Of a DNA stretch of 64,000 bases, positions 57,494 through 64,000 are shown piece by piece. The stretch's first letter is position 1. Each line of letters opens with the position of its first letter. Below the pieces are notes generated by a model. The model was not told the origin of the DNA and searched no databases. It saw nothing but the letters and a program-made list of their open reading frames with translations. This stretch comes from a virus (Duplodnaviria; Caudoviricetes): the IMG/VR virus record IMGVR_UViG_3300021603_000005, positions 64,001-128,000 of that record, one strand, 5' to 3'. A program made the translations under genes and the position numbers.

Positions 57494-57964
57494 TTATAGA
57501 TCAACAAAGACCTTAACGAAACCATCTGGATCTGCGGTCGTTTCGAACTTGCCAACGACGACTGAATAGCTACCTGAGGGCATCTCAGTGGCAAAGTACC
57601 CGCTGACCCCCAGATATGCATCGCCGCCTGCTGTTGGTGTGCCGGTGATCATATCGGTCACAACCCAGCCCTTCCTAATCAGGCAGACCTTTTCGCCTGG
57701 AAGGACTTCGCCATTGTCAAAGTTCCGATGGAACCTTGTGGTTGGTGTGTACACAGCAACATCTGCTAGCATCACACCCTTGGGGACAGCACCTGACGGA
57801 TCAGCAGCGTATTCTACTACGTTGTTCGTATCGTCGAGCGATACGCCTGATCCGGCTGTAACCAGACTTGCACAGCCGCCCTTTTCTACTGTTGCGGCGG
57901 TATCAGTCCAGAAAAAGCTGATGTCATCCATCGCATTGTAATCGCGATCTGGTTTTAGAGCCAT
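57494..57964 (-). CDS. Capsid decoration/cement protein
   Basis: 156 aa directly upstream of the capsid gene; GEKVCLIRKGWVVTD, PTAG..AYL...G, VGKF....DPDGFVKV (beta-tulip-like). Confidence 0.7.
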   Translation of the reverse strand: MALKPDRDYNAMDDISFFWTDTAATVEKGGCASLVTAGSGVSLDDTNNVVEYAADPSGAVPKGVMLADVAVYTPTTRFHRNFDNGEVLPGEKVCLIRKGWVVTDMITGTPTAGGDAYLGVSGYFATEMPSGSYSVVVGKFETTADPDGFVKVFVDL

Positions 57965-57978
57965 TTCTGTTACCTCCC

Positions 57979-58545
57979 TTACTCAATTTCCTTATTACGT
58001 TTTAACAAACATTCAGCGGTTGCCTTGGCAGCTTTGATGACTGACACTACCTCTGTCTCACCATTACCACCTTGCAAGTCCGGTGTTTCCTCTGTTTTGA
58101 CATTCTCAAGAATTTCGGCGCTAGTAGAATCATCTGTCTTTTCTGTCACTACCTCTGCCTTGGTTTCACCAGCGTATTTCATGATTAAGGCAAATGTCTC
58201 GTCACTCATCTCTCGAAGTTCGGCCAACGTTTCAGCCTCATCAGAAATGCTTTTAACTTTGGCGAGTTCTGTTAATCTTTGACGCGCCAACTCATTCTTG
58301 CGAATACTAACCAATTCGGCCTCTGCTGTATCGGCACGACCGGTTACTTCTGCGAGTTGCTTGTCGGATTCAAGAAGTCTTGCACTCACTTCGTCCAGCT
58401 TCGTTTGAACATCAACCAATTTGGCTTCAGATTCAGAAACCTTCTGCGTCAGTGCAGCAATCTCAATGTCTTTGGTTTCTACTATCTTAGTCACCTCATC
58501 GATTTTGTTCTGAAGAGCCTGGATATCAACGCTCTCTTCAGCCAT
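57979..58545 (-). CDS. Nested in-frame scaffolding protein (internal start in the protease gene)
   Basis: AGGAGGT at 58561-58555 lies 9 nt before the in-frame ATG at 58545 (MAEESVD...), at the protease/coiled-coil boundary. Confidence 0.6.
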   Translation of the reverse strand: MAEESVDIQALQNKIDEVTKIVETKDIEIAALTQKVSESEAKLVDVQTKLDEVSARLLESDKQLAEVTGRADTAEAELVSIRKNELARQRLTELAKVKSISDEAETLAELREMSDETFALIMKYAGETKAEVVTEKTDDSTSAEILENVKTEETPDLQGGNGETEVVSVIKAAKATAECLLKRNKEIE

Positions 58546-59340
58546 AATTTCCATACCTCCTACTTGTTCGTTTGCGGCAACCTTAGCAGCCACTTCCTTA
58601 ATAACTGACTCTGGATTGGCAGGGTTACTAACAATACCCTTACCAGCAAAAACAATATTCTTTAACACTCTCCCGATACGGATATTCTCATACAAACCCT
58701 TGCCACCATAAGCTCTCAAGTACTTAGTTAAAAATGAGGTCTGTTCATTTCTTTCGACGACCTTGCTCTCACCAGTTGCAGGATTAATCATGGCGTATGC
58801 GAAATCATCAAACCAAGCTTCCATCGAAACAAAAATCTTGCCATTTTTTGCCGCCTCTAAAATGGCCTCAATCTTTTCTCTGCACGACGGAAGATCTTTA
58901 TATAAAACGCCGACAACCTCAAGGTCATATGTCTCCGGTGCGTTGTCGTCTACTATTTCAGATCCATCCTTGTTTACCGCCCTACTGCTTATCATGTGTC
59001 CAATAATTTCAGCATCCTTGTGTCCAATATTAATAGGCTTGTGTACTGGGCTTTGACGTGCAGACCAAACCTCTGCTGGCAAAAACACGTCATCGTTTTT
59101 GTTCCAACCTGTACTAACAAGAATCGATGTTATATATGCTAGATCGGGCTGGTTTATATCATTCACAACCTCTTGTAAGTCCGCGCTTGAAAGCAGCTTC
59201 TTTATTATATTATCGAAATCGCTGGACTCACATCTGTGATCTGATATACAAACCAATCCATCAACAGAAGCAATTGATTTTTCAATAGAACTACCAATTC
59301 CGGCGTCTATCTCTGATTGGTAAATTGGTATTGTACCCAT
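57979..59340 (-). CDS. Prohead protease fused to a coiled-coil scaffold
   Basis: NKNDDVF, KPINIGH (His), VSMEAW (Ser), FAGKGIVSNPANPES; acidic coiled-coil C-terminal half. Confidence 0.8.
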   Translation of the reverse strand: MGTIPIYQSEIDAGIGSSIEKSIASVDGLVCISDHRCESSDFDNIIKKLLSSADLQEVVNDINQPDLAYITSILVSTGWNKNDDVFLPAEVWSARQSPVHKPINIGHKDAEIIGHMISSRAVNKDGSEIVDDNAPETYDLEVVGVLYKDLPSCREKIEAILEAAKNGKIFVSMEAWFDDFAYAMINPATGESKVVERNEQTSFLTKYLRAYGGKGLYENIRIGRVLKNIVFAGKGIVSNPANPESVIKEVAAKVAANEQVGGMEIMAEESVDIQALQNKIDEVTKIVETKDIEIAALTQKVSESEAKLVDVQTKLDEVSARLLESDKQLAEVTGRADTAEAELVSIRKNELARQRLTELAKVKSISDEAETLAELREMSDETFALIMKYAGETKAEVVTEKTDDSTSAEILENVKTEETPDLQGGNGETEVVSVIKAAKATAECLLKRNKEIE

Positions 59341-59355
59341 AGTTTCCTCATAGTT

Positions 59356-59363
59356 TTATACAC
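59356..59363 (-). promoter_or_regulatory. Putative late promoter GTGTATAA
   Basis: Upstream of the protease RBS (GAGGA). Confidence 0.6.
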
Positions 59364-59396
59364 ACAACAAACATCAATATATTTGGTTATAAGGAT

Positions 59397-59720
59397 TTAA
59401 CGAGGATTCATGACGAATGATGCTATGCTATCAGCCACCTCTGATGGGGTTGGATCTTTGCGCTCAGCTAGTCCATGCTCGTTCACAGACGCCTGTGTCT
59501 CTTCTGGCTGTGGCAAATACCAATATGTTACACGATCAAGGCCGCTCTCTTCTTTGTCGTCCTTACAATATGAAAGAGACAATCTTGATACGCCGTCTGC
59601 ATCAACATACTTTTCGACCATAAAACCCTTGGTAGCAACGATTTGGCCATCGACTGTTACAACACTTTCCCTGCTTTTAGTGTCAACTGCAATACTAATA
59701 ATTGCCATCCTAACCTCCAC
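59397..59720 (-). CDS. Hypothetical protein
   Basis: 107-aa ORF in the head module. Confidence 0.6.
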   Translation of the reverse strand: MEVRMAIISIAVDTKSRESVVTVDGQIVATKGFMVEKYVDADGVSRLSLSYCKDDKEESGLDRVTYWYLPQPEETQASVNEHGLAERKDPTPSEVADSIASFVMNPR

Positions 59721-60087
59721 ATTCTTCGGTGTTTAACTCAAATTCCCTAATTAACCTTTCCGCCTCTTCTTTGTGTGTTTTAAGCAACGCCCTTGCATGA
59801 CGAGCAAGGTGTGATTGTGCTCGCTTACGAAATTTAGTCGCACTTTCTTTAACTGGTTCAACCTGATTTACACGAGCCAGTGCATTTCGCAGGTGTGGTA
59901 GGTCTACCGTTTCATTATCATTTGGATCTGTTACCGTCTTGGCATGGTGTGGCAGGTGACGATATTTTTGTAGGGTCTTGCCATTATCGTCCTTCTCTGC
60001 GCCAGCCTCTACCACAAATGCTTCGTCTGGCCACGATCTGTCGCCAAATAGTGCTACTGCTCTGTTGAATATATCAACTATGTTCAT
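59710..60087 (-). CDS. Hypothetical His-rich head-module protein
   Basis: WPDEAF..RHLPHH..VDLPHLRNALARVNQ..HLARHA; overlaps the portal stop. Confidence 0.65.
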   Translation of the reverse strand: MNIVDIFNRAVALFGDRSWPDEAFVVEAGAEKDDNGKTLQKYRHLPHHAKTVTDPNDNETVDLPHLRNALARVNQVEPVKESATKFRKRAQSHLARHARALLKTHKEEAERLIREFELNTEECGG

Positions 60088-62173
60088 TGTTATCCCTCGC
60101 TATAGCATGTATAGCCCATGCAGTAGACATAAGTCGTCTTCGTTCCGGTAGTGTTGGTTGTTTTGAAACAATAGACATGAACTCGCTATATAGTTCTCTA
60201 TATGTTTTGTCTATCAACACCACCATATCATCAGATGTTCTTGTCAAAGCAGCGGTTACTGTTTCCTCTGTAACCTTATCTGTCGGTAACAAGCAACATA
60301 ATATGGACCATTTTATATTTTCAAGTTCTACTCGCTGCGTAGCAGAAGCTTTTCTTATGTTATTAATTCCCTTTGACGATAAAAACATAGGGTCTACGCA
60401 TTTATCAATTTCATCCAAAAGAGTTTCTGCTATGTTTTCATACACATAACTTAATGTCTTTGGAGTTCTAGTATCTCTTGGTTTGGTGCTCGGCTTATTA
60501 GATGGCCTACCATTTTTCGGCGAGATAGAATCGTTCTTTGGCTGGTCTCCGAACGGATTGTCCCCCCCGCCAGTACCGCCAGACTTAGTTTCCTCTAGTC
60601 TAATGGCGTTATCTGTTTGGTGATCCATGACGCTGAACGGTCTATTGTATGGACCAGTTTTTTCAAGAACCGGATTTTCAGCATCGCGCAAATCCTGCTC
60701 CTCTTTCAATCTTTCTAGCTCAATCACGAAGTCGTGGCCAAATATCTTCAATACGGTTTCTATTGATATGATTCCACGATCAAGCAATTGAACCACCAGA
60801 GCCTTTTCAGCAGCCTCATCTCGTAGGGACATGGTGCCAAAACGGATGGTCGGCATTCGCTTAAACCCCATTGCCTTGGTCACTAGATTAAGTTCTGTCT
60901 CTAGCCATTCTAACGCTTTTGATCGTATATACTCTAGTCTTTCTACGAGAGTCTTCAATTGAACGAACGCGGTTTGTCCGTTCCTGGTAGTCATATCTGT
61001 GCCACCCAAAAGGGCATCTGGCACACCAAGACCCCTAACAATATCCGTATTTACTGACTTGTACTTACTGTCTCCAAGAATCTTATCTGTTGGTGGATAC
61101 TCGACTTGTAAATCGATCATGTCGTCCCAGACAATATCCATTGCACCGCCGCCACAATTGTTTTGCAATATTCCTATCAACTTAGAAACCGCAGTTTTGG
61201 TTGGCAGTATTTGTTTGTCGGACTTTCCGAGTTTCCAAACGCGTATCACGTTAATAATTCCATCCAATGCGGCCATATCGGCTAATCGCATCTTATCCTT
61301 AAGCATTATGTCTTCTAGTACAGAATATAGGAATGGGGTACCCCAATCATCCCAATCGTCCTTTTTGTAATATGATACATACGTTCTTTTCGGGTCTAGG
61401 ACAACCTCGCCCTTCTTATTTTTCGCTGCTGTAATGATGTCCGATGGTAGCTTACTAACTAGTTCTTTGTCAGCCGCATTTCTTGGATCTGCGATAGCAC
61501 GACGAAGATCTGGTGATATCGCCATTACAATTGTGTCGTCGCCATAAAAACGAGCGAGTGTGCCGCCCCCTTTTTTGCAAATGGCTGGTGATATGAATAC
61601 GTATTTCCACGGAATAATCCATTTATTTGTTGACTTCTTGTCTTTTGTAACCCTATCTGGTTTGTCGATTTCTATATCTGTTTCGGCTTTAATAAACTGT
61701 TTGCGCGCCGGTTTGGATAAAAACCCGAACTTCCTATGAACAATAACATTTCCGTCTCGCAACATATTCCTCATAAAATCGTGAACGCGATCTTGTAACT
61801 TAACCCGTTTCGCCCATTCCTGGAAAAAATGCTGTTGAGCACGAACTGGATGGACTAGTTCTATCCCTTCTGAAGCAAAGTCGGCCATAAGATCGACGAT
61901 GTTTCTTACCATGCCATTTCGTCTATAAATGGCTTGACAACCAATGATTATATCTCCGTGCTCTGTAGGAATTCTGTCTTCCAAACGCGAATTGTCTTTG
62001 TCGTATCTGTTGTATCCCGATCTCTGATGGACACTATTTGATGATCCAATAGCTCGTATAATAAAAGGATCATCTACACTACCGGCCTTATTAAAATCTT
62101 TGGTGTACAACTGATTGTCCTTGGTGGGCTTAACTACCGGAATAGACTTAGTAGTGATCTTTTTCTTAGACAT
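60074..62173 (-). CDS. Portal protein
   Basis: Follows the terminase; GMVRNIVDLMADFASEGI, RDGNV, WGTPFL, GLGVPDALLGG, LLDRGIISIET and a GRP-containing tail. Confidence 0.85.
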   Translation of the reverse strand: MSKKKITTKSIPVVKPTKDNQLYTKDFNKAGSVDDPFIIRAIGSSNSVHQRSGYNRYDKDNSRLEDRIPTEHGDIIIGCQAIYRRNGMVRNIVDLMADFASEGIELVHPVRAQQHFFQEWAKRVKLQDRVHDFMRNMLRDGNVIVHRKFGFLSKPARKQFIKAETDIEIDKPDRVTKDKKSTNKWIIPWKYVFISPAICKKGGGTLARFYGDDTIVMAISPDLRRAIADPRNAADKELVSKLPSDIITAAKNKKGEVVLDPKRTYVSYYKKDDWDDWGTPFLYSVLEDIMLKDKMRLADMAALDGIINVIRVWKLGKSDKQILPTKTAVSKLIGILQNNCGGGAMDIVWDDMIDLQVEYPPTDKILGDSKYKSVNTDIVRGLGVPDALLGGTDMTTRNGQTAFVQLKTLVERLEYIRSKALEWLETELNLVTKAMGFKRMPTIRFGTMSLRDEAAEKALVVQLLDRGIISIETVLKIFGHDFVIELERLKEEQDLRDAENPVLEKTGPYNRPFSVMDHQTDNAIRLEETKSGGTGGGDNPFGDQPKNDSISPKNGRPSNKPSTKPRDTRTPKTLSYVYENIAETLLDEIDKCVDPMFLSSKGINNIRKASATQRVELENIKWSILCCLLPTDKVTEETVTAALTRTSDDMVVLIDKTYRELYSEFMSIVSKQPTLPERRRLMSTAWAIHAIARDNNEHS

Positions 62174-62210
62174 TGATATCTCCTGGTGCGATTATAGTCC
62201 GACTACAGTT

Positions 62211-63998
62211 CTATTGATTATACACCTCTCCGCGTTTAACAGCAGCGACATTGCTGGTTCTTGCCCAGTCTGCATTTCTAAACCCACCAATTCCTGGTCC
62301 ACGATACATGCCCTCTGACGGATCTACGCGGACAGCCCTTATGTTGCCGGGGACATCATCATAATTTATTGGTGGCGGGGGAGTTATATCGTTGTCGTAC
62401 ACGTATCTATGCGCAATCAACAAACTAGTATACCTGTCCTTTCGCATCTTATGGGTTTTTTTCTTACCCTCAGATATGCTTATTTCTGTAACAGAAGGGG
62501 CTTCGAATTTTTCTTTCCCAGTTGGGGTAGATGTCATCTTGATAGCACATAGTTCGTTTTTAAGCTCTTCGATATTATGAACAATGTCTTCATAGGTGTC
62601 GACTGTTATTCCAGCAAGATTCTCAATGGCCATTGCCGCTTGCATCTTGACGGTATTTAGTCCTGGGAACAATAGCTTTTTGGTTTCAAAACTCTTGTGC
62701 ATAAACAGGTTAGACTGACTATTCCACTCAGTCGATTGTGCGATCAAGTGTAATATATGCGGCCCATCCCTTTCTTCGTCCATTGCCTTTGGAGCATCAA
62801 AATCGATTACCTCATAAATTGGCATATCTCCCTTGGAAGGATCTAGTAGCTTTTTGTTCCTTAGCATCTCGGCTATAGCATATCCACCACCCTGACTGTC
62901 CATCTCTATTCGGATTGGCGAAAATGCCTTGACGACATCCCTTATGCGAGAACAACAATAATCGTAATAGTCCTTGTTTGTAACCAACCCTCGCTTCTTG
63001 CGTTTTTCAAATTCTGGTTTGTTAACCGCCCAGCAGTAAACTATTCTCCAATGATTGGGCCAAACCTCTATTATGGTTATTGCCAAATTATCCCGTTCTG
63101 CTGCGGGGTCAATTCCGATCACATACTTAACACCCTTCTGTGCTCGGGTTATTGGCGTAAACACAATATCTCCGTCTGGCGTTGTGATAGGTTTGCCAGG
63201 ATATGTAGTACATGCTTCAATTAAACTTCGTTTGTATATACCATCCGAGTCTGCTACAAAGCAATTGTGATGTATAACACCCTGGGCTAGATACGAATGG
63301 TCTTCCTCTATCTCTAGATTATAGACCGGACCATCATATTCTCGTTCGTCATATTCTCGCAATGGTACATAAACAGTACCTACATAGCTGGTCTTGCTGT
63401 CAAAGATTTCTGACAGCCTATTGTGAAATGATGCTGGAACTGTTAACAGCCAAGAATCTCCACCAGAAATAACTTGTCCATATTTTGTGGTAGATGTTTT
63501 TGGTGGCCTGTGTCTAATACCAGAATAACAGCCCAAAGATAGTAATAGCGATCTTGTCTGAGCGATCAATGCTCGACTAACAGATCCTATGTGTCTGGTA
63601 TGATTATCCAGACTGGTGCCATCGGTCATCCAATATCCTTTGATGAACCCGCAGGCCATCTCTGGGGTAAATTGCTCAAGCAATTTAATGGATTTGTCGT
63701 GCGAATATTTGCCAATCATTCCACTAATAAATCTACAAACGATCTTGTTGTTGATGTGTGTTCTTAATACTGCATATCCCCTTGTTTTACCATTTGTGAT
63801 AGTAACATTCAATCCGAATACCCTTTTAACGGCATCTGCGAAAGCTTTTGCCTTATCGGTTTCTTCTGCGTTCCAGGTGATATTTGTTTGTGTATCTTTC
63901 TTATTGATATCTCCGTCGCCAGCATATACCCCCAATATTAACCCAAGATCAAAATTAGCGTCAACGAATCTCGGAACAGAAGATTTGTATTTTGGGTT
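62211..63998 (-). CDS. Terminase large subunit, C-terminal nuclease domain, intein-interrupted and 5'-truncated
   Basis: RNase H-like YVIGIDPAAERD, IEMDSQGGG and RKDRYTSL; the frame is open to the window end; upstream of the portal gene. Confidence 0.85.
   Translation of the reverse strand, partial: NPKYKSSVPRFVDANFDLGLILGVYAGDGDINKKDTQTNITWNAEETDKAKAFADAVKRVFGLNVTITNGKTRGYAVLRTHINNKIVCRFISGMIGKYSHDKSIKLLEQFTPEMACGFIKGYWMTDGTSLDNHTRHIGSVSRALIAQTRSLLLSLGCYSGIRHRPPKTSTTKYGQVISGGDSWLLTVPASFHNRLSEIFDSKTSYVGTVYVPLREYDEREYDGPVYNLEIEEDHSYLAQGVIHHNCFVADSDGIYKRSLIEACTTYPGKPITTPDGDIVFTPITRAQKGVKYVIGIDPAAERDNLAITIIEVWPNHWRIVYCWAVNKPEFEKRKKRGLVTNKDYYDYCCSRIRDVVKAFSPIRIEMDSQGGGYAIAEMLRNKKLLDPSKGDMPIYEVIDFDAPKAMDEERDGPHILHLIAQSTEWNSQSNLFMHKSFETKKLLFPGLNTVKMQAAMAIENLAGITVDTYEDIVHNIEELKNELCAIKMTSTPTGKEKFEAPSVTEISISEGKKKTHKMRKDRYTSLLIAHRYVYDNDITPPPPINYDDVPGNIRAVRVDPSEGMYRGPGIGGFRNADWARTSNVAAVKRGEVYNQ
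62218..62225 (-). promoter_or_regulatory. Putative late promoter GTGTATAA embedded in the last terminase codons
   Basis: GTG TAT AAT encodes V-Y-N, about 45 nt upstream of the portal ATG. Confidence 0.5.
63264..63998 (-). mobile_element. Intein with LAGLIDADG endonuclease in the terminase (partial)
   Basis: LGLILGVYAGDG and FIKGYWMTDG blocks; ends YDGPVYNLEIEEDHSYLAQGVIHHN followed by Cys+1 (CFVADSDG). Confidence 0.9.
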
Positions 63999-64000
63999 TG

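Noticed and set aside
63334-63359. Short duplication (REYDE-REYDG) near the end of the terminase intein
   Set aside because: Only two units, in frame, in a variable intein segment; it looks like a simple slippage event.
1-64000. CRISPR array, tRNA, rRNA, integrase or IS element
   Set aside because: None seen. Intergenic gaps are at most about 130 nt and are largely explained by RBS, promoter and terminator elements. A tRNAscan/Infernal run would confirm.

Overview
This window is part of a large tailed-phage (Caudoviricetes) genome, and no host chromosomal genes are visible. It is densely coding and forms two convergent arms that meet at about 24.24 kb. The + arm (1-24250) carries replication and recombination genes: RecA, a Vsr/DUF559-like nuclease, DnaB, primase, dNMP kinase, a Cas4/AddB-like nuclease and SSB. 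Its DnaE-type polymerase is split into two genes, with a DarG-like macrodomain and a family-4 UDG between them. A ~9.7 kb cluster of about eight glycosyltransferase-like genes and a methyltransferase follows, then an SSAP-like gene and a Whirly-like gene. The - arm (64000-24234) is a nearly complete morphogenesis module: intein-containing terminase, portal, protease/scaffold, decoration protein, major capsid, a 2556-aa modular fibre, neck proteins, tail tube, two paralogous chaperones, tape measure, tail-tip proteins and a holin-like gene. A repeated GTGTATAA motif, probably a late promoter, punctuates this arm. Four observations stand out. (1) Outward-facing virion proteins are strongly enriched in Ser-Gly while internal ones are not, which suggests a phage-encoded Ser-Gly-directed virion O-glycosylation system. 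(2) The lead glycosyltransferase has two inteins, and its catalytic motif is broken by an in-frame GGT-TGA-CTA-GGC gap that a Gly-to-Gly ribosomal hop would repair exactly. (3) The DnaE is split without an intein. (4) The phage encodes a Whirly-like protein. All functional calls come from motif recognition by eye; no database searches were run.
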